The position numbers were made by a program, and so were the translations under genes. A stretch of DNA of 64,000 nucleotides, taken from positions 1,437,674 to 1,501,673 of the forward strand of contig MU057651.1 in assembly GCA_013265495.1 (NCBI GenBank), in the 5' to 3' direction. Shown in pieces: positions 51,431 to 64,000 of this stretch. The notes under the pieces are model-generated. The model made no database searches. It was not told where the DNA came from and was given only the letters and a program-made list of their open reading frames with translations. Position 1 is the stretch's first letter, and each line of letters starts with the position of its first letter. The DNA comes from Vicugna vicugna (lineage: Eukaryota).

Positions 51431-53363
51431 TGTGAAGAAGTAGTTAATAGGCCTATTATTGAGAGCCCAGAGGTCCAAACTATTGGACTCCAAGATACCT
51501 CAAGGGTAAAAAGTCAGGGAGCCACCTGTCACAGGAGCCAATGAAACTCACTCATGTTTTCCCTTAGGCTGGGTGTCGAATTCCCACACCCAACATACAG
51601 CTCGTTACCCACACGCCCTGCTGTCTACAGAGCAATTAGCAAAAGCACACACCCTTTCTCTAGAGATTTCCGCCCCCAGTTTACCAACTCTTTAACTGGC
51701 AGCAAAAGTCAACAACTCCAAGCTTCCTGTAAGAATGAAATCCAGAGCTCTTGCTGGCTGCCCTTCATCATCAAGAGATGAGGCAAAACTCAGCTCCTTA
51801 GGGCAGACTAATGCCAGGGAAGCTTCTCAAGATACTAGGAGAAAAGCTGCTGCTTGTTACTGACTCCACATCTTGGGAGGAAGGAGGAAGACAGGATTAT
51901 TACTTTTGAGCACCTACTATGTTCCAAGCACTTTTCTTACAGTTGCACCAAAATGAATTTTTAAATTCTCTCTATAACCTAATATGAGATAGACAGAAAT
52001 CTTAGCCCCATTTTATAAATGAGACAGTGATTAGGTGACTTATTTCAAGCACAGAGCTCATGAGTGACATAAATTTGCTTCAAGCCCAGATCTGTATGAC
52101 TCTAATGCCCTACACTCAGCTAGAAGAGAAAGAAAGGTGGGAAGTGGGTACCACGTGTATGAAGCTAAGGAATTCAGTTCTCCTGAGACCAGAAGCCAAA
52201 ATTTGAATGCGAATGCAACAATCATTTGGGAATGGCAGACTGAAAATCAGCAAACCAGCAGGGTATCCAAGTTAGTGCTTATGATGTAGCCAGACAAAAT
52301 TCTGCTGCCATTTCGTGGCATGACTGAACGGTGTTTGGGTTTGTTTGTTTGTTTTGAGCAATGTTTTTTAAAAAAAAACCCACAGAAATACTGCCACTGA
52401 ATGGCCTCATTTCACCCACTCTTTTTCTGAAAACCAGGATATTCATGGCAGGAACATACACTTCTATGAGCTTCCCCAGAACGAGGTGAGAATAAGGTAA
52501 AATCAGCTTGTGGTATAGGGTTGGTAGCTGAAGAACAGGATGTGCCTGCAGCTTGAGTTTTGATGCCACCCGGTTTTTATCTCCTTCTGTATGGCAACAC
52601 TGACGGGCTAACCGAAATGATGGCCCACGAGTGATGAACATCCCAAGGGCTTTGACCTGGAACCGGTGAGCAGAAGGCTAACATTTGTGCAGCACTGACT
52701 TTGTGCCATGTCCCACTGCCATCACAGCCCATCTGTCAGGGCATCCCCTTTCTGTCCCCACGTAAATGATGTTGTTCCTCCTGGTGGCGGTACCTAATCT
52801 GAACGGGCAGAAGAGGAGACAAGAGCCTGGCTTTGCGGGCAGCCCCTCAGAGACCTGCCTGATACAAGCTAATACACATACCATCCAAAATAAGAGCCTC
52901 CAGGTTCAAGAACACACTCGCTCACACATCCCAACGAAAACATAAAAATGTTTTTTTCAGATCAAAGCCACCAGTCTAACTGCAGCATCACACAGGTTTT
53001 GTAGATTATTAACCTTAAGTGCTGTTGAATACAAGATGATTTTTGATGACCAAGCAGATAAATGGAAGGTCAATTACACTCAACCTAGTTGTGTATCTAC
53101 CTGCTCTTAAACTCTGAAGTGAGATCAAAGCTGCACGTACAACCTGCTGTTTAGATTGCTTCTCTTCTAGAAACCACTGTCTCCCACAACTCTCTTGCAA
53201 AGTAGAACACAAATTCTCATAATTCTAACACAGAGCAATAAAATATGAACACCCCATATTTAAGTGCCCCTTCAGTCTTTATTTGATCTTTAGAGATACT
53301 TTTAGAGACTACAAAGGCCTGAGATTAAAAATAACAGCCACTTTAAGAAAGCTGGTACTTTTT

Positions 53364-53693
53364 TTTGAGTAAATGGAACTTTATTTCTATAAATACAAGG
53401 AAAACACCCATTCAAGAGTAGCTAAAAGAGGGATGGCACCTCAAAGAAACTAGGTTCCCAGAGGGCACCCCAATACTGAACAGAGGGACTATGGGATCCC
53501 CAAACCTGAGATGAGCCTCATGGACCACAGATATTGACACTTGAAGAATGGAACTGTCTCCATAGGGGAGCCTCAGAACCCTACTCTAGAGTGGTCTTGC
53601 CGGGGGCTGGGAGGGTTAACAGGGGAGTTCAGAGGAAAAGGGGGAAAGAGAAGCTAAAAAGTCTTGAGTGGCCTGGAAGGAGACCCCTGTAGG
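53364..53693 (-). pseudogene. 5'-truncated processed retrocopy (3'UTR-like fragment of an unidentified mRNA)
   Basis: 15-bp TSD aagctggtacttttt at 53349-53363 and 53694-53708. Minus-strand AATAAA (53380-53385) lies 13 nt before a residual poly(A). The body does not resemble L1 or SINE. Confidence 0.8.
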
Positions 53694-55835
53694 AAGCTGG
53701 TACTTTTTGATGTAGATAAGGAGCTAACTGAAAAAAAAATCTATTTCTGTATAAATTCCTGAGGAAAAGCAGAACCAATGTGTAACTGTCAAAGCATAGT
53801 AAAGCCATTTGAGGTTAACTGACCCACCTAGGAAGCTCCTGGGAGCACCATGAGATTCTCCACACCTTTACATTTCTGATGCATTCTGTCCTCATCCAGT
53901 TGCCTGACGTTTCCACTGCGCCAGGAAGTGAACCAAAGTGTCACCGAATGTTGGGAGGGATCTTAGATATCATCTGGTCCAGCCGTCTCATTTACAGATG
54001 CAGAAAGTGAATCCCAGAGAAGGGAAGCAACTTACCTGACCCTACAGGGCTGGTGACTGGCAGGTCTCCCAATACAGCCCGCCACACAGTGATACAGAAC
54101 TCTACGCAGGACTCCGCCCTTCTGACTAGTTCTTTAAATGGGCCTGCAGAAAACTGGCAGATTGTTCTTCATCGATACAAAGAATGTAATTGGTAATCTC
54201 TTAAAATGACAAGTTGTACTAGCACAAAGTTACCAACACCAGCCTTGGCCAGACCTAGCTGTCCATACCAGCTTGGCCACTTTCTAGCTGTGTGACCCTG
54301 GGCATGTTACTTAACCTCTCTGAATCTTATCCTCATCTGTAAAATGGGAATGCCAATAACAGCAATGATTCCACAGGGTGCCTGGTACATGGCAAGTGTT
54401 TAATAAATATTAGTTGTGACTATTACCATAACCTGGCACCCTGGAAGGCAGAGCTGTCAGCTCCCTAAATCCTGTTTGTGTGGGGTAGGGGCTCAGGGAA
54501 GAGCAACCCAAAATCTCTGCCTTCAATTACACCTGACTCTTCAGAGAGCCCCAGACTTGGAACTGAACCTTGGACTTGGGAACTGGCAGGGAATAGGGGT
54601 AAAAGAACCCATCTTGCTGTACTAATTCTCAGGCCTACATATAATACCAGACACCTCCTGCCTCTAAGGTAAGTTAAGTTTTGCAAAACGTTAAAAAAAA
54701 AAGTGACTGAGGCAGAAAAGTCATAAACACACTAAGCTCGAAAAAGCCCCTTAGAAAGAGTAGAAAAAAGTGCAATAATTAGACACAGAGGAGTTAGAGT
54801 CAGTGGGCTGTTTCAGTAAAGGGAAAATTAGCCATCTTTCAGTCTCTTCAGCCTGAACTCTAATTCCAGTGGTAACCAGTGCTGGCCCTCCCCGGACAAG
54901 GTTATCAGAAAGAATAAAATGCAACCCCCTCCTCCCTCAACCATAAGGAAGCCAGGAAGCATAAAGCACAAAGTGGAATGCTCGTTAAAGTTTTAACCTG
55001 GGCCATTAGGTTCCCACGTTCTTCAACCGATCAACAGAACAGCGTAATAGGACCTCAAAGGGTGGCAGCCTGACACACTGGCCCTGGCTCTGCCAGCCCC
55101 TAGTGGTGTGACCTTGGGCAAGTCGCTACCCGTGCTGGGCTTCTTTCCTTGGTTGCAAAATGAAGAGCTTGAACTACAGAAACTCGAAAGGCCCTCTGAC
55201 CTCTAGCATTTTCCTATTAATAAGTTATGCACAAAATCGGCCACCTAAAGATGCAGTAGACTATAAATGAGCCTTGATAACAAGCTCCCTGGGGAGCAGA
55301 AACCATATCTGATATTTCTTGCGTCGCTCACAGTCCCAAGTACAATGCTCAGCTCAGAGTAACTGCATGATAAATGTTGAGTGATACAGATTCACCACAC
55401 AGCGCCTGGCATCTCATAAGCTCTTCACATGCCAGGTGATTCTCCACAAGCCTCTCTCCCACGAGACTTTTCGAATATGTCAGACTTTACCATTCCTGGG
55501 CTTTTAATAAAAAGCAGCATTGCACAAGAAAACAGCTCCTTGTCATTTCACATGACAATGATTGAACACCTAGGTGCCAGGTGCTCTGCTCTGTACTGGC
55601 ACCTATCCTACAAGCTGTATGAGTCAGGGCGGGTCAGTTAACCTAGCCCGGTGCCAGGCTCAGGAAGTACAGTTACTGTTATTGAGGGACTTCTGAAACT
55701 TACTTCTTAGATCTGAGCTCTCTCCTGATAGGCTGGCGACTAACTAGCATACAATGGGATGAGCACTTCACTAGTGATGCACCCACACGCTCTGGGAAAA
55801 CACAGGAGGAAATACGTGTATTGAAATATTGTTAA

Positions 55836-55841
<6 letters not shown>

Positions 55842-55866
<25 letters not shown>
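55842..55866. repeat. (CA)n microsatellite
   Basis: Direct reading. Confidence 0.9.
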
Positions 55867-57760
55867 AAGCTTTGGGGGCCAGTTTAGGCTCAGAAAACAT
55901 TTAATCAGTCTTCTACACTACTGGTTTCTAATCCTAGTCGCATATTGGAATCACTTAAGGAGCCTGAAAAAAATGCTGATGTCCTAGTCCCCAGCCCAGA
56001 TGACTAGGTAAGAATGGGGTGCGGGGTGGGGGGGCAGGTATTGGTATTTGTTAAATGCTTCCTTAGTGACTGGAGGTGCAGCCAGAACTCCTGGCCTCTG
56101 CCTTCTCCAGCTCCACCTCTAGTCCCAAACTCGGTGACAGGTCCAGCAGATAACTCAGAGGCCTGCAAGAACCACAGAAATTCCATTTCGGTCACTCAGC
56201 AGACTATTCTCTGAGCCATTAAGATAACTTTGCCACTGCCAAAACATTTTTGGCAACCAAAACTTAAACAAAAAGAGGCTTTCTTAACCCTCAGTTAGTC
56301 AGAGAAGGCAATTAGCTAGTCCAGCCTCTGCCCCAACCATTCTATTTACTGAAGACTTAACTGGCCTGAGATCTCATCCTTTTGAGGGGGTTTCATTACT
56401 AAAATTGAGGTTTAATTTGTCCTTTCTCAAGTGCGCTACTCTTTGCCTCACACAGATGTTTCCTTCATGCTACAAGTGTTGTCCGCTCCCTCCACAACTC
56501 AGTCTCCAGCCAGTCTCTCCCCTGACCCCATCCTCTCCCCTGCCCCACTCACAGACACGCAGGCCAATTTGGTTCGCTTTTTTCATTCCTTCTTAATCAG
56601 CCTCTGCCTACCTCTTGGCCACATTGCTACTCTCCTACTTAATCCCTCCCCTTTCAGCTGAACCTCCTGGCCATGAGGTAGCTGCCTCATTCTAGCAGTC
56701 ATCTCTCTGTACCCTCTGCCTCGCCCCTACCAGCCACACCATCAGCAAGGCCCCTGTGGGCACAGCCTCCCAAACACGTGATGTTTTCTCAGTTGCCAAA
56801 TCATCTCTAGTGAGTTGGCCTCCTCCACCCATTGACTCTCCTCTACTGAAACTCTTCTCCCAGGATGCCAATCTTCTCCTTTCCTTCTTTACAAAAATAG
56901 TTCTTAATTACTGAAGAAATGTGTACTTACACCAAATTCAAATACAGAAACGCATTAAGTATAACAAGTATAACCTGAGGGTGCCCCTGCTTTCCTTAAT
57001 AACTCGGGAGTAAACATGATTTGGGACACATCCTTCTAGACTTTTACAACATGCTCATAAACATGCACATATAAAAGGGCTTGTTTTCTTAGAAAATGGG
57101 TTCCTATCATACATACTGTTTCACAACTTTTTTTTAAATTTTAACACTATATTGTGAATATCTTTCAAAGAGAATACAGAGATCAACTTCCCTTTCAAAA
57201 GCCGCACAACATTTCATTGGCCGGATTTACCATCCTGCCACTGGTGGGCTATTCTTCAATGTTCTGATGCCATAAGGTCCTTGCACACAGCAATTCACAC
57301 GCAAACATTTCTAGGGTAACTATTTAGATGTGTGTGGACAGTTTGTCACAGGACCAGGCTGTATTCACCAATTCCAATTGCTTTTTCTCAAATCCTCCTT
57401 GGTCTCAACCCCTTCACCTCACGTGACACAGAGGACCTGCTTCCTGAAACTCCTTCCTGTCTCGGGTATCTTTCCACTCCTGCTTCACTGAGTCTTTTTT
57501 TCTGCCCACAAGCAGGCATTTCCCAGAATCCTTTTCTTCTTTCTCTTCCCTGGCTTGCTTGATATTTGCATCCTTTCCCCCTCCATCTTCTCGAAATGGA
57601 TGCCTCCTAAATCCTGTTGCCCGCCCCAACCACATCTCAACTGCCTGCTGTTCATTCCAACCTCAATGTCTCAAACATCCGAGACTCAACAAATCCCCAA
57701 ATGAACGCACGACCTTTTCGCTAAGCTTCCATTTCCTCATCCAAAAAACAAAGGGAATGG

Positions 57761-57985
57761 ACTAGACTCAATTTTTTTTTTAATTAGGAGTCTAGTATGT
57801 ACTAGATGATTGTAGGGGATAGAAAAATTAATAAAACACAGTATGTACTAGATGATTGTAGGGGATAGAAAAATTAATAAAAAATAAAAAAAATTATTAG
57901 ACTCCTAATAAAAAAATTAGGAGTCTAGTATGTACTAGATGATTGTAGGGGATAGAAAAATTAATAAAATTAATAAAAATAAAAA
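57761..57985. repeat. Triplicated 43-bp unit with inverted segments
   Basis: agtatgtactagatgattgtaggggatagaaaaattaataaaa at 57794-57836, 57840-57882 and 57927-57969. Confidence 0.92.
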
Positions 57986-58950
57986 CTCTCTGCTTTCAGA
58001 GAACACACAAACTAAGGAGTGGGAGAGGGACATAAACAATTATGTAACGCAAGACAGAAAAAAAAATGCTAAAATAGACAAGAATGGCTAAATCTGGCAT
58101 GAAGGCTTGAAGAAAGCTTCACAAGAGGGAGCATTTGGGCTGAGCCTTGAATGATGACTAGCATCTTAACAGGAAAAGAAAAGACAGCGTTTCCGGGTAA
58201 GGGTACAGCATGAACAAGAGTATAAACTTGGGGAAGCGTGGAAGTGCATGGTACATGTGGCTGGATCAGAGCACACATGGAAGAATGTACTAGAGGATGA
58301 AGCTGGGGAAAAAAAGGTTGAAAGTAAGATCATAGAAGACCCTGAATCCTATCATAAGGAGTTCAGGCTTTCTCTAAAGGGTTTATCTATTCGCCATGCC
58401 TGGTCTATGTGCCAACTCTGAGTAGTTGTAGCTGCCTAAAATGCTATGCTAAAGAAGATTCTGAACCTACATGGAGATACAAGTTGGGAAGATATGCATG
58501 TGTTTTGATTAGCAAAGTTGGCCTGGGGCACCATATGGTGTATGTATCTAGCTGTCTGCTATCCTTGCTGAAGGCAATAGGGAGCTAATGCAGGCTTTTG
58601 AGCAAGGGAACAGAAGGATCCAACATGTATTTTCCTTGTATCATTTCTGGAAGCCGTGTAAAGGATGAACAGAGCAGAAAGACCCCTACAGAAGGGAATT
58701 TCAGTCAGGAGGCTGCTATAAATAAGCCAGATGGTGGTGATGATGATGGTGATGATGATAAACAACCAGATGAATTAGGGCAAAGGAATCAAAGGAGAAA
58801 AGGAAGAGACAGGTGGAAGAAATAATGAAAGGCAGAATCAAAATGACTCAGAGATGATGATGGTGGAAGGGAGGCATGGAAATGTGTCAAGGTTTCAAGG
58901 GACTTAACCTGGGTCACTGATGGACTGCAGTGCCATTAATGAAGATAGGA
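57985..58950 (-). mobile_element. Decayed L2 fragments
   Basis: gaagaaagcttcaca..gggctgagccttgaa..ttccgggtaagggtacagcatg..aggcttttgagcaaggg..gtgccatta motifs. Confidence 0.55.
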
Positions 58951-59339
58951 GCCCTGAGGGAAGAGTATCATAATCCTTGCTTTTCACTCCAAATCCTCCA
59001 ACCACTTTATCTGGCTTTTAAGCACCCTTAAGGATACTAGGAGGGAAAAAGCAGGACATGCCTTGCTTGATGGCCCCAGCATTTATATAACCCTACATAT
59101 AAAACTATCATTCTTCCTTTTACCAAATCTCCAAAGAAATACCCATTAACATCTGATCCTAAAAACAGTGGGCTAATAAACCTTTGAATGTTCATGCTCT
59201 CAGATGATTCTTCCTATTAACATGGTGCTTTCTTTTTACAAGGCACGTTCACATATCTTATCTCATGAGATTGTCATGCTTACCCTACAAGGGAGAAAGG
59301 GCAAAGATTATCTCTATGATCAGATAGGCCATTACAGAT

Positions 59340-59570
59340 ACAATGGCCTCATATTTACTCTGCACTTGCTACGCACTAGATGCTGATCTAAATACTTGAC
59401 ATCACAAGAAAAACCACATAGTAGTTTCTATTATCCCCATTTTACAGAGACAAAAACAGACCCGGATATGTCAATTAACTTGCCCAGAGAAACAGCTAGA
59501 AAGCAGCAGAGCTGGGGTTTGAACCTGGCCAGTCTGACTTCAGAGCTTGAACTCTTAACTGCTACACTAT
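59340..59570 (-). mobile_element. MIR SINE
   Basis: attatccccattttacaga..taacttgccca..gcagagctggggtttgaacc..ctcttaac. Confidence 0.8.
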
Positions 59571-62500
59571 AGGTCTTATTATTTAAGAAGATTAGGCACA
59601 GAGAGGCTACCTGACTAGCTGAAACTACTAGGTTTTGTCAACTAGTTAGGGAGGAAAGCTACCACCAAGGCCAAAGTCTGGCTATCTTAACCCTATGCTC
59701 TTTCTATTATCCTACATTGTTTACCAAGAGAAATTGACCTCTCCCGCTGAACTGGCAGATTATTTTGACCTTTTCCCTTTTTGACCTTTGTCACAAAGTT
59801 TCTGGGTCTTGATGCTCCCCGTCTGTGGAGCCTCCTACAACCCTTCACTAGGAGAGGTTGCAGGCCTCTATTTGGAGGAAAGAGATGATGACATCCATTA
59901 TATCTCCAGCCAAATGTGTCCCATTTCCAAACAACCAATATCTCATAGCAGATCACACTGGCTTCATACACAGGCTCACTGAGCATACAGACTCCCGGGA
60001 TGACCTGCCTAGGGCAAGCAGCAAGCAATGGTGGCACTGGGGCCTGGCTCCTCTGTGGAAGAGAGCGAGCAAGGGCAGAAAAACATATTGAAAAAGCAGT
60101 TGCTATAGCAGTCAGGTAGCAAGGTGACCTGCAGCTGTGAGATCCTCACTGTCAAGGCTGTATTAGACAATGATGCTCAAAAAACAAGATTTCTGTGTCT
60201 CTGCAAGAGGGCAAGACCCAAAGTCCAGCTCCTTCTATGCCGGGATGGTTAGGGGTGGAAGGATGCCGTGTATGGTACTATAGAGAGACAGTGAAGCGGG
60301 AGTCAGAAGGCCCATCTCTGCATCTATTGAGCTGTGTGACTGTGGGCAAGTTGCTTCCCCTCTCTGGGTCTCAGTTTGCTCATCTGGAAAAATGAGGAAG
60401 GAGATGATCTCAGAAGTTTCTTTTCCATTCTGACTTGGCATCACTCTGCCATTTCAACAACCTGGAAAAGTATTGCTAAAATAGTCTCTCCACATCTATA
60501 AGTCAACCAAAGAAGCAGCCAGCTAGAACCGAGGGAGAGAAGACTTAGATAAAACAAAAATGACCTTTGTAGAAGGTTGCAAGTTAGGTAATATATGGAC
60601 AGGAGGCTTAAGCACCGTGCCTGGAGCATATATTATGCTCAGAAATGTTACAAGTATTACTACTACTCCTAACTTTCAGAGTGTACAGAGAACCAAGAAT
60701 TATAATGAGCTCTTTCTCCTAAACTTAACTCTTTTTTGCCCATCAGACCCTGTTCCAGGTTTCTGGTGTGTAAAAGGTCTGAGGGGGACCCTAAATGAGC
60801 AGAGGCACCAATTGTCCTTCGTGTTGATGGACAGTTATGACTGGAAAGTGGGAACCCACCCCTCAAGGGAGAGTAAAGAGAAAATGTAAGTGAGAGGAGC
60901 CAGAATTGATCCTCAGTTCACTGCAAACTGACCGTGGAGAAGGGGGTTAAAAAGAACAACAGGTGCGGACAACAGTGTCCTTTACAAATTGTTTTTCAGT
61001 TCAGACCCAAAGCAGGGAGTAAGAAATTTGGGAAGATGATCGCAGTCTGGTTTCCACGTGGGTCCATCTGAGCAAACACGGCGCTGGCTGTGAGGTAAGG
61101 CCCAACACCGCTCAGCCAGGCAGGAGACCCTGGGACCCGGTGGGCTCCGCATTCTTCTCCACAAATAGAATGCAGCCTCAGCCTAAAGGTCACCCCTGAC
61201 TTCCCAGGCCCAAGACAGCACCTCCCTGAGAACGCACCCGGGGAAGACAGCCGCAAGGCGGAGGGCCCATCCGTTCTCTTCGCTCACTGGCCAGAAACCC
61301 CACCAGCAAACGAGGAAACATGACCTTGGCTTGGTGCTAGCTTGCAGGGATATTCTGAAGAGGGCTGAACCGCAAAGTCCAGGGAGCTGCTGTGCAGGGG
61401 AATGGAAATCCAAGGGTAAAACCAGCCCCTTTCCTCAGGGGTCCGTGAGAGGAGAAGCACCCTCCTGAAGCAGCAGCCAGCAGCAGCAGCAGCCCAAGGG
61501 GCCAAGTGGAAAAGGGCTGAAGATAATAAGGCACTTATGCACATGACCCTCAGCAACATTCCTGCAAGGCACAGGGAACAGAGTGCAGCAACAGGCGTGC
61601 ACACTCAAGTGCTTGGAACTTAAAATAGGAAACTCTTCACAAATGCAAAGCAACAAGGAACAAGAGGTGATAGAAAAGGACCCTTTGTCATAGTCTCCCC
61701 TCATTTCTAAGGGCTGCTGTTTGTTTTAGGAATGCCTCTAAGCCAGATCCTCCCAGGGATCCAGGATTATTACAGAAAACATGACTTTAGCCTCCTCAAT
61801 TCCCTCAACTTCAAGACTAAGGAAGTGCCTATTTACCCACAATGCTTGGGAATATGCCTGGAGGCCTTACAATGGCCTTGCCGGGGTGGGGCACCCTAAC
61901 CCCAAGGCTGTGAAATCATCTGACCAAGGCCTTGGCCCTAGGAGGCTACACTTAAAGGGGGCCTCCCTTGAGTGACTAGCCCCAGTTCTGAAAGGGCAGC
62001 TAGTCTTCAAAGTGAGAGAGGTTTACCATATCCTGGAGACACTGGAAGAATTGTCTTTTTTTTTTTCTTTCCTTTTTTTGTCCATTTGCTGACATGTCAG
62101 GCAAGGCACTGGTCTTTTAACCTGACTTTCTCCTCGGAGCTCTGGAACAGCCCTCTCTCCTCCAATAATTTCTTAACCCTGGGAACAGGCGGCACTTGAG
62201 AAAGTTGCACTCCCCTCAGTCAAAAGAAATCAACGCAAGAATAAAAACTAAATCCACGCACCTGTCTCTGCCCACCCACAAACCACTCCTTTCATGCTTC
62301 TGTCATGTACTCACTGGTTTCCTAGGCTACCGATCTCAAGAGAGTTGGCATCACAGAGCCAGCCCATTGATGAAGAGCAGCAATAATTAAGCCCAGAGGC
62401 CCCCAGAAAGCCAAGCTTCCTACCAATGACAGCCATCCTCCAAATTCTTCAGAAAGGCCTGGGTGATTTAAGGTAACTTTCAAATTCCCCACAAAGCTGT

Positions 62501-63001
62501 CCTTAGGCCTCAAACAGCTAAGCAACCCTGCCCTGTGGAGATTACACGGGTGCCAACTTCATGGAACCAGTATTTGCCTACTACATGAAACTAAGATGCC
62601 AAGGAAGCTTCTCTTGGGTGAGATTCTTAAAGCTGCCTTCCTGGACCTAATCCCTATCATCTTATCCCAGCATCAGGCACCAAAGCTCGCAGCAGAAGCA
62701 ATAATGATAATGATGCTCATTATCATCATCACACATCACAGCAAAAATGAATGAATGTTTACTATGTGCCAGATATTATCTTAAGTGCTTTATTAGCATT
62801 TTCTCCCTTTTTTTTCTCATTTAATCATTACAAAAGCCCTGCAGGATAGGTATAATAATTATTCCATTTTACAAATGTGGAAACTAGGGGCCAGAGTTTG
62901 GTTAAGTAACTTGCCCAGGGCTACACAGCTAGTGGTAGGATGTGAACCTACCTGGATCTGCTTTTATCCAGTATGCCTTGAAATACATACTACTACTACG
63001 A

Positions 63002-63351
63002 CAGTTGCCCCTCAGTATCCATGGGGGATTGGTTCCAGGACGCCCCACAGATACCAAAATCGATGGATGCTCAAGTCCCTTCTATAAAATAGTGTGGTAT
63101 TTGCATGTGACCTAAGCACATGCTCTTGAATACTTTAAATCGTCTCTAGATTATTTATAATACCTAATACAATGCAAATGCTATGTAAATAGTCAGAAAT
63201 ACAACGTAAATGCGACATAGCTACTTGCCAGTGTACAGCAAATTCAAGTTTTGCACTTTCAAACTTTCTGGAATTTTTTCTTTCCCAAATTTTTGATCCA
63301 TGGTTGGTTGAATCCACTGAAGTAGAGCCCACAGTTACAGAGGTCCGACTG
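63002..63351. mobile_element. MER2 (Tigger-derived) DNA transposon between MIR fragments
   Basis: cagttgcccctcagtatccatgggggattggttccagga..ggatgctcaagtccctt..gaggtccgactg termini. Confidence 0.85.
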
Positions 63352-64000
63352 TGCTGTGAAAAACTGCTAACATTTATTGAATGCTGACAATGACCCAGAA
63401 CTTCTGCTAAATTAGGCTTGCTTTAAATTATTTAATTTAATCCCTACAATTGTCCCATTAGGTAGGTACTATTATTCCCATTTTACAGAGGAGTGAAACT
63501 GAAGTTCATAGCAGTTAAGTAACATGCCTAGGGTCAGATGGTGATGGAGCTCAGAAAATGCGGTCCAAAATTCAATCCACTAAGCTGAACTTGCATTAGG
63601 AAAAGGAGGCATTTCTATTGCCCTACTTAACTCAGCTGGGTTCCCTGCTGTGTCCCAATCCAAACCCACAGGGTCCCAGGGAGAATTGCGCAAGTAAATG
63701 CCAATGAGGAAGCCTGTCTAGCGGATGAATCTGGGTAAAGAGGACCAAGACTCTTTCTAGAAGTCTCTCCTAGCCATTTTTCCCTCAACCTGATTTCTGA
63801 AGAAAGCACCTCACGTCCAGCAGCCTCTGCTAATACTCTGCCCAGAACATCTAATAAGTGTTTACCCAGGGCTCCCAGAGCCGTAGTTAAGGGCCTTAAT
63901 GTGCAATCTGGCTCTGCGCCTTATTTAATCAGCACCTGAATGAAATGTCTCTTTGCTAGCAACAGCCTGAGCACAGGCAGAGTCTCTCTGCAAACACAGC

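Larger units (their letters stand above)
1..64000 (-). other. TMEM164: Intronic interior of TMEM164 (introns on both sides of one internal coding exon); neighbouring exons lie outside the window
   Basis: TMEM164 exon at 16701-16750 plus intronic miR-652, whose known host gene is TMEM164. The preceding (..LLNPCHLVTMMH) and following (LQMHMLNGALL..) coding exons were not seen. Confidence 0.88.

Noticed and set aside
57794..57969. CRISPR-like array of 43-bp repeats
   Set aside because: Mammalian DNA, no cas genes, and the spacers are irregular and derived from local sequence.

Overview
Mammalian DNA, almost certainly camelid (five Vic-1-type tRNA-derived SINEs). The whole window appears to be the interior of the X-linked gene TMEM164 on the minus strand. 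It contains one 50-nt coding exon (16701-16750, IFLLACPPCPGAIVVF[K]) and the intronic microRNA miR-652 (28697-28794, a MER91-type palindrome) about 12 kb upstream of that exon. The rest is intron filled with L1 fragments, solo ERV LTRs, DNA-transposon relics, MIR/L2 and microsatellites. The listed ORFs are chance ORFs or L1 ORF2 remnants. I found no convincing new multi-gene system. The most noteworthy unexplained items are: an in-phase 130-codon candidate alternative terminal exon; two unidentified TSD-flanked retro-inserts, one placing AATAAA in host-sense orientation; a complex template-switch-like micro-rearrangement; and a MER53 hairpin. Gene, miRNA and repeat-family names come from recall, not database searches, and repeat boundaries are approximate.
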